A stretch of 64,000 bases of DNA from an uncultured Candidatus Saccharibacteria bacterium (GCA_964635125.1 CAZWMQ010000002.1:47591-111590), one strand, 5' to 3'; shown: positions 1 to 10,334, counted from the first letter of the stretch. Notes: generated by a model not told the origin, from the sequence alone. Program-made: numbers and translations.

Positions 1-39
1 CCTTACTATTTTGAATATAAAATTATTTTAACTAAAAAA

Positions 40-960
40 TTTAAAAGCCCCATGTAAAAACATGGGGCGTGAAGCTAACAGGCATCGGACTGATTAAAAA
101 TTATCAAGTTACCCCCACCTTGAGAACAAGGAGGGTTAGTTACTCTAAACTGCCTATGCGAAAATACTTGCTTTATTAAGCATAACATATTTATAGAAAA
201 ATCCAATCTTATAAATCTAAAATAAAAAAACCTAATGTAGAAACATTAGGTTTTTCCTTTAAAATTGCCTTGTCTTCTAACAACTAAAATAGAATATACA
301 ATAAATTAAATTAAATAGCAAATAAAAAATAAACCGCTTGTAGAAACAAGCGGTAGACGAATCGAGATAACAACTGCTGCTGATTAAGACATAGTTAGTA
401 TAACATATTATAAACAACTAATATAAAACCCCTCCTTTAGACAAAGGTGTGGTTGTTTTCCAAACTTTAACTTTAACTGAACTTGTGAAATCAAATCTAA
501 ATATAACATAGTATAAACAAAAAATAAACCTCCCCTAGACAAGGGAGGTTTCACAAACCAAAAACTCTTTGATATGAAAAGTAAAACTATATTAATAATA
601 ACAAATCTTTAAAAATTAATCAATAGAAAAACCCTCCTGGAAAGGAGGGTAATCTTTACACATTAAAATTCGTACCTATGAAAAACTAATTTCAGTATAT
701 CACATATCAAAATAAAAAGAAACATAATCCTCTCATAGAAACCAAGGGATTTTAATAAATCTAATATAAATAACTAAATATATTGCAACATAATAAAAAA
801 CCACCTGTGGAAACAGGCGGTATTCGAAATCAATTCACTTAATAAACCCATAATTAATTATAACATGATATATAAAATAAAAAAGCCCTGTGGAAACAGG
901 GCTCGCTTATTAATCCAATATCCTTTGAAAAACCAGTAATAAATCTAGCAAATATTTATA
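40..960 (-). repeat. tandem array of ~9 mini transcription units, period ~75-110 bp; each has an extended -10 box, a 35-50 nt variable segment and a GC hairpin with covarying stem and conserved YUUUCYA-type loop followed by a U-tract
   Basis: Hairpins at ~47-68, 111-137, 229-252, 334-353, 427-454, 527-550, 631-650, 725-752 (weak), 801-820 and 885-902. Stem sequences all differ but stay complementary. 801-820 pairs perfectly only as minus-strand RNA (G.U). Every hairpin is preceded on the + strand by an A-run, which is a U-tract after the hairpin on the - strand. Minus-strand TGTTATA(A/C/T)T-like boxes lie at ~180-191, 291-300, 399-409, 500-511, 596-605, 696-706, 782-791 and 860-869. The same extended -10 is found upstream of rplJ and rpsA. 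Confidence 0.6.
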
Positions 961-977
961 AAATAGTCAAGTAAGGA

Positions 978-2246
978 TTATTTATAAATTTCTTTAATAT
1001 TTTCAAGCATATTTTTTATATTGAAATTATTTTCAATATTTTCTTTTGCCTTTTCTCCCAACTTTCTTCGTAAACTTTTATCTTTAATTAATTTTAATAA
1101 AGCCTCCTTCATCTCATAAATATTTTTATTTTCCACCAATAACCCAGTCTGATTATTTTTAATAATTTCTTTAACTCCACCAGTGTCTGTAACTACAGCT
1201 GGCAAACTTAGAAGCCCAGCTTCAAGTAAGACATACGGCAAACCTTCTTTAATTGATGGTAAAAAATAAATCTGAGCTTCCTTAAGATAATTCTGATGAT
1301 TTTCATCACAAATCAATAAATCTACATAATAATCTAGATCGAGATCTAAGATTAATTTTAATAAATTATTTCTCTCTTCTCCGCCAAATGAGACTATTGT
1401 ATATTTAAAATCCTGAAATTCATCTTTTAATAAGCTGATCGCTCTTAATCCATAATCAAAGCCTTTATTCTTAGTCAATTCTCCAATCGAAACAATTTTG
1501 ACAATTTCATTCTGCCCAGTATCTTGATTTGTATTTCGTATTCCTTCTTGAGCCATCTGACTTGTAGCTTGTAATCTGAAACTTGTTTCTTGAAGCTTAT
1601 AGCTTGAATCTTGTGTCTTAAGTCTTAAAGCTTTTGTCTTGTCTCCGTCTTGCATCTTAAGACTAGTTTCCTGTGACTTGCTACTTGAAGCTTGCAACTT
1701 GTCACTTGCAACTTGAACCCCATTATGTATCATTATTAATTTAGCTTTATTGACTAACCACCAATTCTTAACATCATTATAATCTTTCTCTGAAACACAG
1801 ATAACTTTATCTGATAATAATATCGTAAGCCAAGAAAAAAACTTTATTAAAATAATACTTAGATAATTTCTATCTTCTCGAAATGGCCAACCGTGAGCAG
1901 TAAAGATTATCTTTTTAACTCTAGCTAATCTTCCAACCATCGCTCCAATTATCCCCATTTTTGAACTATTTAAATGAATAATATCTGGCTTAATTTCTTT
2001 TAATAATTTATAAAGTCTAATCAATACTCTTAATTCTTTAAAAATATTTATGTCTCGCGTCAAATTAGATATATGATAAGTCTTAATATTTTCTCCTTTC
2101 AACTTTTGATATAATTCACCATAACCACCACAAGCTACTTCTATCTCAAAGTCACTTTTAACTTTAGCTAGATTTGTCGCTAAATCGTATACATATTTCT
2201 GAGCTCCGCCCCAATTACTTTTAGTGATGAGATATAAGATTTTCAT
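978..2246 (-). CDS. glycosyltransferase family 4 (GT-B) with a ~55-aa low-complexity inter-domain insert encoded by a heptanucleotide (CTTGNNN)n tract
   Basis: N-terminal 'MKILYLITKSNWGGAQKYVYDL' and C-terminal 'KEGLPYVLLEAGLLSLPAVVTDTGGVKEI' GT4 motifs. Insert 'KLQETSFRLQATS...' at nt ~1560-1730. Confidence 0.75.
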   Translation of the reverse strand: MKILYLITKSNWGGAQKYVYDLATNLAKVKSDFEIEVACGGYGELYQKLKGENIKTYHISNLTRDINIFKELRVLIRLYKLLKEIKPDIIHLNSSKMGIIGAMVGRLARVKKIIFTAHGWPFREDRNYLSIILIKFFSWLTILLSDKVICVSEKDYNDVKNWWLVNKAKLIMIHNGVQVASDKLQASSSKSQETSLKMQDGDKTKALRLKTQDSSYKLQETSFRLQATSQMAQEGIRNTNQDTGQNEIVKIVSIGELTKNKGFDYGLRAISLLKDEFQDFKYTIVSFGGEERNNLLKLILDLDLDYYVDLLICDENHQNYLKEAQIYFLPSIKEGLPYVLLEAGLLSLPAVVTDTGGVKEIIKNNQTGLLVENKNIYEMKEALLKLIKDKSLRRKLGEKAKENIENNFNIKNMLENIKEIYK

Positions 2247-2297
2247 ACTTTTATTTTTTAAAATAATCTGTATAATATATTTATTAAATTATAATAC

Positions 2298-3662
2298 ATG
2301 ATTTCAACCAAAATCACAAAAAGAGTATTCGTGGCTATTATTGACTTTCTGATCTTAGCTTTTTCTCTATATATATCCATCTCTTTAAGAGATTTAGAAT
2401 TCAAATCTAAAGCAGAATATCTTAGCATATTTTTACCATTTTTAATCATTATACTCTCAAATATCTTAGTATTTTATATTTATGGTCTTTATGACAAGAT
2501 GACCACTAAGATCTATCGAGAATTAAATCAGAGAATCCTTATTAGCCAAATTATTTCTTCGGTGATTGGAGCGATTATTTTCTATACTTCCTCCTACTTT
2601 ACAATTGCTCCAAAGACAATTTTAATAATATATATAATAATCTCTAGTGTTCTGATCTTTATTTGGAGAAGATACGCTCGACTATTTATTAAATCCCCTA
2701 AAACTATCAACTTACTATTAGTCGCCGAGGGAGCTGAGCTTCTAGAATTAAAAGAAGAGATAATGAATAATAAAATCCTAGCCATCAATAAAGTTGATTT
2801 TATAGATCTACTCGAAAATAAAGAGCTAGACTTATACACGAAGATAAAAGAGAAAGTCAATAAAGAGAAATTTAATATGCTAGCCATTAATATGCATCAC
2901 TCTCATATTAAAAACTCTGTCTCTTTATTTTACGAATTACTTTTAGATAAAGTTAATGTGCTTAATTTTGCCGATCTCTATGAAGAAGTTTTAGGAAAGA
3001 TACCACTTAATAATATAGACGCTAGCTGGTTCTTCAATAATCTAAACCAAAGTAAAAACAATTTCTACTCAAATATAAAAAGATTTATGGATTTATTAAT
3101 TTCTGCCCCCGCTTTATTTATTTCTTTAATCTTTTATCCTTTCGTCTATCTTGGACTTAAGATTCAAGATGGTGGCAATTTATTTTATATCTCGGAAAGA
3201 ATCGGTAAGAATAATAAGCTAATCAAAATATATAAATTTAGAAGTATGAATCAATTAAGAAGTATAGAGGTTGATTATATTAATCCCAAAGAGAAAGATA
3301 GAGTTACAAAATTTGGCAGATTTTTAAGAAAGACTAGGATAGACGAATTACCACAATTAATAAATATAATTAATGGAGATATCTCTTTAATTGGTCCAAG
3401 ACCAGAGGCTCCAACTCTCGTCAAAGAATATTCAAATCAAATACCCTTTTATAGTATTCGCCACACTATAGTTCCAGGATTATCTGGCTATGCCCAGATC
3501 TATCAAGAACAAAAGTTAGTCCCAAAGTTTGGCTTATCCACAAATGCCACCAAAGACAAATTATCTTTTGATATTTATTATTTAAAACACAAATCTCCGA
3601 TAATGGATTTATCTTTAATCTTAAAGACGATTAAGAATTTATTAGGTAAAAGTGGGGTATAA
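2298..3662 (+). CDS. polyprenyl-phosphate hexose-1-phosphate transferase (WbaP/CpsE-like bacterial sugar transferase), priming enzyme
   Basis: N-terminal TM helices plus C-terminal Bac_transf-like region 'IKIYKFRSM...RIDELPQLINIINGDISLIGPRPE'. Confidence 0.8.
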   Translation: MISTKITKRVFVAIIDFLILAFSLYISISLRDLEFKSKAEYLSIFLPFLIIILSNILVFYIYGLYDKMTTKIYRELNQRILISQIISSVIGAIIFYTSSYFTIAPKTILIIYIIISSVLIFIWRRYARLFIKSPKTINLLLVAEGAELLELKEEIMNNKILAINKVDFIDLLENKELDLYTKIKEKVNKEKFNMLAINMHHSHIKNSVSLFYELLLDKVNVLNFADLYEEVLGKIPLNNIDASWFFNNLNQSKNNFYSNIKRFMDLLISAPALFISLIFYPFVYLGLKIQDGGNLFYISERIGKNNKLIKIYKFRSMNQLRSIEVDYINPKEKDRVTKFGRFLRKTRIDELPQLINIINGDISLIGPRPEAPTLVKEYSNQIPFYSIRHTIVPGLSGYAQIYQEQKLVPKFGLSTNATKDKLSFDIYYLKHKSPIMDLSLILKTIKNLLGKSGV

Positions 3663-3681
3663 ATTTAAATTATAAAAATAT

Positions 3682-4812
3682 ATGCACGAAAAAAATTTAT
3701 TTCTAATATATCTAGGTAGAACAGGCTCTGGTCCTAGAACAACTCTAGATTTATCAAAAGAAATATTATCAAGAAAAGAAATAAAAAATTTTGATCTATT
3801 AATATCAAAAAATAATTCTTTGATAAATGAAACTCTCTCTATTAAAAAAGATTCTTTTATATTAGATACTCCTATCTCTAATAGAGATTCTATTCTAAAA
3901 TTACCAAAATTTATCTTTAAATTTATAAAAATTTTAAGAGTTGCTAAAAGAAAAAAAGAAAATAATTTTTTCTTTGTTATGACCCATATTTGGAACCCTA
4001 TTTGTATGATATTAATAAAAATTATTATACCAAAATCTAATATTTTTTTTATTGTACATGATGTAGAAATTCATCCTGGAGATAAAAATTCTAAATTGCA
4101 ATATTTCATAATGCAGGTTGAAATATTTTTATCAAATATAATAACAGCCCCTTCTCAGAACACTAGGCAGAAATTATTAACGAAATGGAAAAAGAATATA
4201 TTTATAACTCCTTTGCCGGTATTCGATTTTGGAGAAATCAAAGAAATAAGAAAAATATCAAAAATAACAACATTCCTATTTTTTGGTAGAATTGTAAAAT
4301 ATAAAGGACTAAATTTATTCTTACAAGCTTTAGAAATATTTGATAAAGAGGTGCAAAATAAAAATTATAGAGTAATAATTGCTGGTGAAGGAAAAATCGA
4401 ATATAATGAATTTAAAATTATTGAAAAATTAAATCATGAGGAACAAAAAATAATAATAATTAATAGATATTTAGAAGAAAAAGAAATAGGAGATATCTGG
4501 GATGAATCTGATATTGCGATAATATCCTATATTGAAGCTAGCCAATCTGGTATTGTGGCATTATCTATAAACAAAGCTATGCCGTCAATCATAACACCTA
4601 TAAAAGAATTAATAGATCAATGTGAAGCTAATGATATAAATAATACTTTTGCATTAATAGCAAAAGATCTTAGCCCAAAATCTTTTTCTGAAAAAATGAT
4701 AGAAATATTAGATGAAAAAATCTATGAAAAATTATCTAAAAATGCAATAAATATGCAAAAAGGTACTGGATTTAATGAGTGGGTTAATATAATTATAGAA
4801 AATTCTATATAG
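3682..4812 (+). CDS. glycosyltransferase (GT4-like C-terminal domain)
   Basis: 'FFGRIVKYKGLNLFLQALEIF...YRVIIAGEG' Glycos_transf_1-like. Confidence 0.6.
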   Translation: MHEKNLFLIYLGRTGSGPRTTLDLSKEILSRKEIKNFDLLISKNNSLINETLSIKKDSFILDTPISNRDSILKLPKFIFKFIKILRVAKRKKENNFFFVMTHIWNPICMILIKIIIPKSNIFFIVHDVEIHPGDKNSKLQYFIMQVEIFLSNIITAPSQNTRQKLLTKWKKNIFITPLPVFDFGEIKEIRKISKITTFLFFGRIVKYKGLNLFLQALEIFDKEVQNKNYRVIIAGEGKIEYNEFKIIEKLNHEEQKIIIINRYLEEKEIGDIWDESDIAIISYIEASQSGIVALSINKAMPSIITPIKELIDQCEANDINNTFALIAKDLSPKSFSEKMIEILDEKIYEKLSKNAINMQKGTGFNEWVNIIIENSI

Positions 4813-4814
4813 AT

Positions 4815-5720
4815 TTATATTTTTAAACCTATTTTTTCTCCAGTCTTAATTACGTCTTCTAACAATATAGAATCTACGGCTTCTTTAACAAAACTTGTCT
4901 TATAAAAAGCTTTTTTAAGTTTTTTAGAAATAACTTTTTCTAAAATATTATACCCATATATTTCTTGAGGGCTAGTACAAGTAAATATACTAACTGTGGG
5001 AATATTTAAACCTAACCCTATATGCATAGCTAAAGTGTCTCCACAAAAGAGAAAAGAGACTTTGCTTATATCTTCAATATATTTTTTCATTGTATTTCTA
5101 TCTTTAAAGTAAATGACTTTATATCCTTTATACTTTAAGAAAAACTCCAACTCTTTATACCTTGTCCAGACTTTTGTCGGCCATCGAATACCAGCCCTAT
5201 TTTCAATGCCTATTATTTTTTTATTTATATTCTTCTTTTTTCTTATCTTGGGTAATAGATATTTTTCTCCCTTAAACTTATATCCTAAGATGTTAAAAAG
5301 AATTTCTTGATATGATTTTTTATTTTTCCATTTTAATTTATCGGCTTTTTCTTTTCCAAATCTAGAAGATAAACCCATATCAAACCATTCATTACTATCT
5401 ATTGTATATACAATCTTATCTTTATCTAAAAAAATACCAACCAATTTTTCAGATTTTAATTTAGTAGCTAATTCCGCACATTTATAATCATCATCAAGTG
5501 ATATAACAAGATTAAATTTTACTTTCAAAAAATAATTTAAATCTATATCTTCTATAGAGAATATTTTCAGATTTCTTAACTGCCCTGGCAATATTTCTTT
5601 ATTCTTTTTTGCAGTGATCCAATATATCTCTATTTTCTTATTCTTATATAAATGTAAAATAGGAGTCGTTCTCACAACATCCCCAGTAGCTCCTATTTTT
5701 ATAATGCAAATCCTTTTCAT
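4815..5720 (-). CDS. glycosyltransferase family 9 (heptosyltransferase-like)
   Basis: 'MKRICIIKIGATGDVVRTTPIL' N-terminus and 'FCGDTLAMHIGLGLNIPTVSIF' C-terminal motif typical of GT9. Confidence 0.6.
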   Translation of the reverse strand: MKRICIIKIGATGDVVRTTPILHLYKNKKIEIYWITAKKNKEILPGQLRNLKIFSIEDIDLNYFLKVKFNLVISLDDDYKCAELATKLKSEKLVGIFLDKDKIVYTIDSNEWFDMGLSSRFGKEKADKLKWKNKKSYQEILFNILGYKFKGEKYLLPKIRKKKNINKKIIGIENRAGIRWPTKVWTRYKELEFFLKYKGYKVIYFKDRNTMKKYIEDISKVSFLFCGDTLAMHIGLGLNIPTVSIFTCTSPQEIYGYNILEKVISKKLKKAFYKTSFVKEAVDSILLEDVIKTGEKIGLKI

Positions 5721-5835
5721 ATTAATATTTTAACAGAAAATAAAGATTAAAAAATACTTGACAAAATATTCTTATAGTTAAAATCGAACTCTTAATAATC
5801 TCAATAAATATGCAAATATATGTTAAGATAGGTAA

Positions 5836-6927
5836 ATGAAAAAAGAGAAAATACAAATAATATCTCTCTCGGCTTCCCCAAAGTTTTTAGATTACAATTC
5901 TACTCAAATTAAAAACCTTCAAGATCAAGCTAAAAAAATAGAAAATCATATTTTAATAAATTTTCAAAAAGTTAAATACGAAGTCGAAAAAAAAGAAAAT
6001 ATTATTTTTATAAAAGTACCTAGAATAAAAACTTTATTTTATATATATAAAATAAAAAAAGAGATCAAAAATCATATAAACTCAAAAATAAAAACTATAA
6101 TCACTGCTGGTAATCCTTTTGATCTTGGTATCTTAGGGATCATATTTAAATTTATATTAAAATATCCACTTAATATCCAAATACATACGGATCTATATGC
6201 AAAAAATTTTATTAAAGCTAAAAAAAGACATTATTTATATTTTTTAATATCAAAAATGACATTACCGTTTGCCAACTCTATAAGAACTGTCTCAGAAAAT
6301 ACAAAAAATATATTAAAGAAAAAATATCCAAATAAATTGATTAAAAACATAATAGAAATAGCTGATTTCTCTAATATAAAAATAAATACAGAAAAAAATA
6401 AAGATGGACTTCTTTATTTATGCCCTTCTAGATATGATAATGGGAAAAATCTTGAAAATTTAATTTTAGCATTTATAGATTTCCATAAAAAATTTCCAGA
6501 CACTAAACTAAAAATTATAGGTGGAGGTATTTTAGAGAAAAAATTAAAAAAACTAATCTCAGAAAACTCTGCTAATAAATACATAGATTTACCCGGCTGG
6601 TCTATTGATATGCCAAATGAATACACAAGAGCAAACTATACTATTTTAACATCTCTTTTTGAAGGATATAATATGTCTGTCGTACAATCAATGTATTATG
6701 GTACTCCATTTTTAGCTACTCCATTCGGAGGTAGTACAAATCTAATTGACCATGATACGGGATTATTAGCTTATGGGTTTTCAAAAGAAAATATATATAA
6801 ACTATTAGTTAATTCTCATAAAAAAATCAATACTTTTAACACTAAAAAAATAAGAGAGAAAGTTGAAAATTTAACGAAAGAAAATATGGATATAGAATTA
6901 ATAAATATATGGAAAAATACAAATTAG
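5836..6927 (+). CDS. glycosyltransferase family 4
   Basis: 'KLKIIGGGILEKKLKKL...TSLFEGYNMSVVQSMYYGTPFLATPFGGSTNLIDHDTGLL'. Confidence 0.65.
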   Translation: MKKEKIQIISLSASPKFLDYNSTQIKNLQDQAKKIENHILINFQKVKYEVEKKENIIFIKVPRIKTLFYIYKIKKEIKNHINSKIKTIITAGNPFDLGILGIIFKFILKYPLNIQIHTDLYAKNFIKAKKRHYLYFLISKMTLPFANSIRTVSENTKNILKKKYPNKLIKNIIEIADFSNIKINTEKNKDGLLYLCPSRYDNGKNLENLILAFIDFHKKFPDTKLKIIGGGILEKKLKKLISENSANKYIDLPGWSIDMPNEYTRANYTILTSLFEGYNMSVVQSMYYGTPFLATPFGGSTNLIDHDTGLLAYGFSKENIYKLLVNSHKKINTFNTKKIREKVENLTKENMDIELINIWKNTN

Positions 6928-7955
6928 ATTTCTTTTTCTTTAACTCTTAACTCTTTATTATTTTTCTTATTTAAAATAAAATTAGCTATAATTCGAATAA
7001 TTCCGTAAAATCTATAACTCTTACTATTTATAAAATGTCTCAGATTGTAAACAATATAATATATAAAAGATTCTAATATATTTGGAAAAATAAATAATTT
7101 ATTTGGAGTATATTTATTTAACATTCTTTTATAATTTGTCCATGTATATATACCGTTGTCACTAAGACAAGGAATCTGAGAATAGACAGCATTAGGATAT
7201 TTAATACTATTTATACCAGCCATCTTAGCTGTAATTAAAATAGTATTATTAGCAAAATATCTTTCTGATTCTTCAATATTGTCATTAGAAATATCTCGCA
7301 AATGTTTAAAATTTATTTTTTTATATTTAGATAAAAAAGTAACCCAGATATATTGTTCTCCTGAATATGGAGAAATACATTTTTTTTCTTTATTATCATC
7401 ATGTTCATGTTTCTGTATATATTCTCCATAAACTAAAGGTATATCAAATATATTTAATACGTCTTCTCTTAATCCAAAATAAAACCAGTCTACGGCATTA
7501 TATGGAAATTTAAGTCTTCTTCTTGGATTACATGGTAAAAGCATTAAAACTCTTTCTTTTAAAATTTTATATTTATCATCAAAAGCTAAATTATTATACT
7601 TTTCAAAATATTTTATAAAATTTTGACTTTTAAATATTAAATCACTTCTAACTTTTACGGAGTATTTTGTTTTTACTTTTTTAAGCCCTTCGACACTTGA
7701 GACTATTTGCCGAAAACAATTCTGAGTAAAATCTCCTAACACACTCACGCCGGGATCATCATTTTCTATAAGTAAATCAAAATCTAAATTTCTTATATCT
7801 TCTCCTTTCCAGGTAGATAAAATTATAGTAGAATCAGGAAAATATTTACGAATGCTTTTTAAACATAAATATGTATATCGTTCTTTTTCTTTGTCTGAAG
7901 ACTTTCCGGAGACAATACCCTGTACAACAAAAGTAATATCTTTTGAATCTACCAT
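6924..7955 (-). CDS. WavE-like polysaccharide biosynthesis protein (putative glycosyltransferase), paralogue of 11307-12368
   Basis: 'ITFVVQGIV...TYLCLKSIRKYFPDSTIILSTWKGEDI' resembles the WavE family. Clear paralogy to the 11307-12368 product. Confidence 0.45.
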   Translation of the reverse strand: MVDSKDITFVVQGIVSGKSSDKEKERYTYLCLKSIRKYFPDSTIILSTWKGEDIRNLDFDLLIENDDPGVSVLGDFTQNCFRQIVSSVEGLKKVKTKYSVKVRSDLIFKSQNFIKYFEKYNNLAFDDKYKILKERVLMLLPCNPRRRLKFPYNAVDWFYFGLREDVLNIFDIPLVYGEYIQKHEHDDNKEKKCISPYSGEQYIWVTFLSKYKKINFKHLRDISNDNIEESERYFANNTILITAKMAGINSIKYPNAVYSQIPCLSDNGIYTWTNYKRMLNKYTPNKLFIFPNILESFIYYIVYNLRHFINSKSYRFYGIIRIIANFILNKKNNKELRVKEKEI

Positions 7956-7957
7956 AC

Positions 7958-8713
7958 CTATATCTTGACTTTATTGCTATTTAATTTATCAAGAAAATTA
8001 TTTAAGTCTTCTGGAGTTCCTAGCCCATGCATTTTGTCTATGGTAATATCATTTATAAAAATATTAGCTCCGTCAATAATCAATTCATTATAGACTGGGC
8101 AAACATAAAATTCACCATTATATCTACAATCTTTCTTTATCATAGCTTCTGCTCCTTTAACAAAATCAGATCCGTGCTTAAAATAGTATAATCCTGTGGT
8201 AGCTTTATTAGATATTAATTTCTTTTCGGCAACTTCTAATACTTTATCATCTTTATCAACTCTAGCATAACTCCATTTCGGATGTGAAGATTCAAAGGTC
8301 TGAATTAATCCATCTTTATCTAAAGATCTTCCTTTCTCTATAAAATCATCAATATCAAATTCTATATATTGATCTGAATTAGCTATAAGCATATCATCTT
8401 CATTACTTATAAAAACTTTAGCTGTTAATACGGTGCAAGCGGCTCCGGCGGTTATGCCATTTAATTTTACAACTTCGAAATTATCGCTACCTACCGCATT
8501 ACGAAATACATTATGCATATCATACTTTTCATAATGTTCTTTTTGACAAATAAAAATAAATCTAAAATCTGAGATCCTTTTTGGTAAAAGATTTTTGATA
8601 ACTACCTCTATCATTGTCCTACCGTTCACATCTATAAGAGGCTTTGGGAAAGCATAACCCTTCTCGGCAAATCTTGATCCGCGACCAGCCATTGGTATAA
8701 CTATATTTAGCAT
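7958..8713 (-). CDS. sugar-phosphate nucleotidyltransferase (NTP_transferase fold)
   Basis: 'LNIVIPMAGRGSRFAEKGYAFPKPLIDVNGRTMIE' signature. Confidence 0.6.
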   Translation of the reverse strand: MLNIVIPMAGRGSRFAEKGYAFPKPLIDVNGRTMIEVVIKNLLPKRISDFRFIFICQKEHYEKYDMHNVFRNAVGSDNFEVVKLNGITAGAACTVLTAKVFISNEDDMLIANSDQYIEFDIDDFIEKGRSLDKDGLIQTFESSHPKWSYARVDKDDKVLEVAEKKLISNKATTGLYYFKHGSDFVKGAEAMIKKDCRYNGEFYVCPVYNELIIDGANIFINDITIDKMHGLGTPEDLNNFLDKLNSNKVKI

Positions 8714-8721
8714 ATGCTATA

Positions 8722-9603
8722 TTGTATCACATGAATAGTGATATAACAATAATAACCCACCGAGGACTTGACCCTGAGAAGAATCCATATTTTAAAGAAA
8801 GTTCTTTAGAAGCTTTTAGAGATCAGTTAAATCGTGGTTATGGTATAGAGTTTGATATTCAATTAACTAAAGATAATAAATTTATCATTAGCCACGATAA
8901 AGACTTATCTAGATTAACTGAAAATAAAGACATTAGAAATATTAGAGATTTAAAATTAAAAGAGTTATTAGAAATGAATATAGAAAATTCACATCTTACA
9001 AGTCTTTCTAATTTATTAGACTTAATTGAGACTATTTCTCAGCCAAATACATTATCGACTTTACATTTAAAATCCTCTCTACAAGATAAAAATATTTTAG
9101 ATTTATTAATAAAAGAGCTAAAAAATAAAGACCTCTCTAAAATTATAATTTTTGACATATTAAAAGATACCGCTATATATTTAAAAGAAAATCTAAAAGA
9201 TCTCAAACTTGCTCCTTCTGTTGCTCATATATATGACCTTGAAAGATATAATAAAGCGGTCGGCTATACTTTATGGAATATAAAAGATGTGATTAGTAAT
9301 AAAGATTTATTTTATGGGGTTTGGCTTGATGAATGGGACACTCTAAACAAAAATAATTCAAATAAAATATTTTATAGTAAAGAGTTGTTTAAGATTTGTA
9401 GAGAAAAGAATTTAAAAATATTTATAGTTAGCCCAGAGCTTCACTCTCATTCTCCGGGATTATATGCTAACGAATCTCATAAAGATGCCGAAAATAATGA
9501 GGTCTTAATGGCTAGAATAAAAGAGATAATATCTTTAAATCCTGACGCAATATGTACTGATTATCCAGATAAAGTAAAAAACTTGACTTTTACAGATAAA
9601 TAG
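8722..9603 (+). CDS. glycerophosphodiester phosphodiesterase family protein
   Basis: 'HRGLDPE...NSLEAFRDQLNRGYGIEFDIQLTKDNKFIISHD' GDPD motifs. Confidence 0.65.
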   Translation: MYHMNSDITIITHRGLDPEKNPYFKESSLEAFRDQLNRGYGIEFDIQLTKDNKFIISHDKDLSRLTENKDIRNIRDLKLKELLEMNIENSHLTSLSNLLDLIETISQPNTLSTLHLKSSLQDKNILDLLIKELKNKDLSKIIIFDILKDTAIYLKENLKDLKLAPSVAHIYDLERYNKAVGYTLWNIKDVISNKDLFYGVWLDEWDTLNKNNSNKIFYSKELFKICREKNLKIFIVSPELHSHSPGLYANESHKDAENNEVLMARIKEIISLNPDAICTDYPDKVKNLTFTDK

Positions 9604-9658
9604 TTTATACTAATATAAGTTTATTTTTTAATTTTATTGTTCATAAAAATTATAAATC

Positions 9659-10294
9659 ATGGATTATCAAGAATTCCTCATAAATCAAAGAAAAATTTAT
9701 GAAAAATTTGAAAAAGGAAGTATTGAAGCTATAAGTAAAGGATTCGCTCCTGACCCAGTTCTTGTAGAAGAAAGAGCTGGATTTTTTATAGCTTTAAAAC
9801 CTAACCCAAGTTTTGCTGAAACTATAAGCAAAATTGGTAAGAATGTTGCCAATATCATGCCTGTTATAACATATACTAAAAATATGCTTCATACGGCTAT
9901 TTCAGATATGTTAACAGAAAATGGGAAATTGCCTGAGATAAAAGAAGGTCTAATCTTAAAAGAAATAGTTGAAGAAGTTAAGCTTCAACACGGCCCAATA
10001 TTTTGTAGATATACAAATTTGGCCTATAATCGTAACACCTTTATTATAAAAGGTATCCCAAATGAAGAGTTTATAAGGACAGCATTATTAATTAAAGAAG
10101 CCGGAGAGAAGAGAGGCGTAAATTTACGCTTACCTTGGGGGGGGCACATGACCTTTGCGAGAGTAAATGCGTCTTTTTTCCCAACACACTCTCTAATTTT
10201 CAAAAATTTTACCCCATGTATTTCTCAATTAAGCGATTTGCAACTAGTAAGATTTCATGCTACCATGTCTAATTTTACTACAGAAATTATATAG
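9659..10294 (+). CDS. hypothetical protein, possibly 2H-phosphoesterase-like
   Basis: ORF only. A 'GGHMTFARV' H-x-T motif is present, but no second clear motif. Confidence 0.3.
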   Translation: MDYQEFLINQRKIYEKFEKGSIEAISKGFAPDPVLVEERAGFFIALKPNPSFAETISKIGKNVANIMPVITYTKNMLHTAISDMLTENGKLPEIKEGLILKEIVEEVKLQHGPIFCRYTNLAYNRNTFIIKGIPNEEFIRTALLIKEAGEKRGVNLRLPWGGHMTFARVNASFFPTHSLIFKNFTPCISQLSDLQLVRFHATMSNFTTEII

Positions 10295-10334
10295 AGTATT
10301 TAAAGTACTAACACATAATGTTGGTACTTTTTAT

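Noticed and set aside
40-960. CRISPR-array interpretation of the 1-960 hairpin array
   Set aside because: The palindromic elements are all different in sequence; only the loop and the flanks are conserved. The inter-hairpin segments carry a promoter motif. There are no identical direct repeats and no cas genes. It is better described as an array of independent promoter-terminator units.
2258-2887. Small minus-strand ORFs (2258-2449 and 2594-2887)
   Set aside because: They are embedded antisense in the WbaP-like transferase gene, with no independent support.
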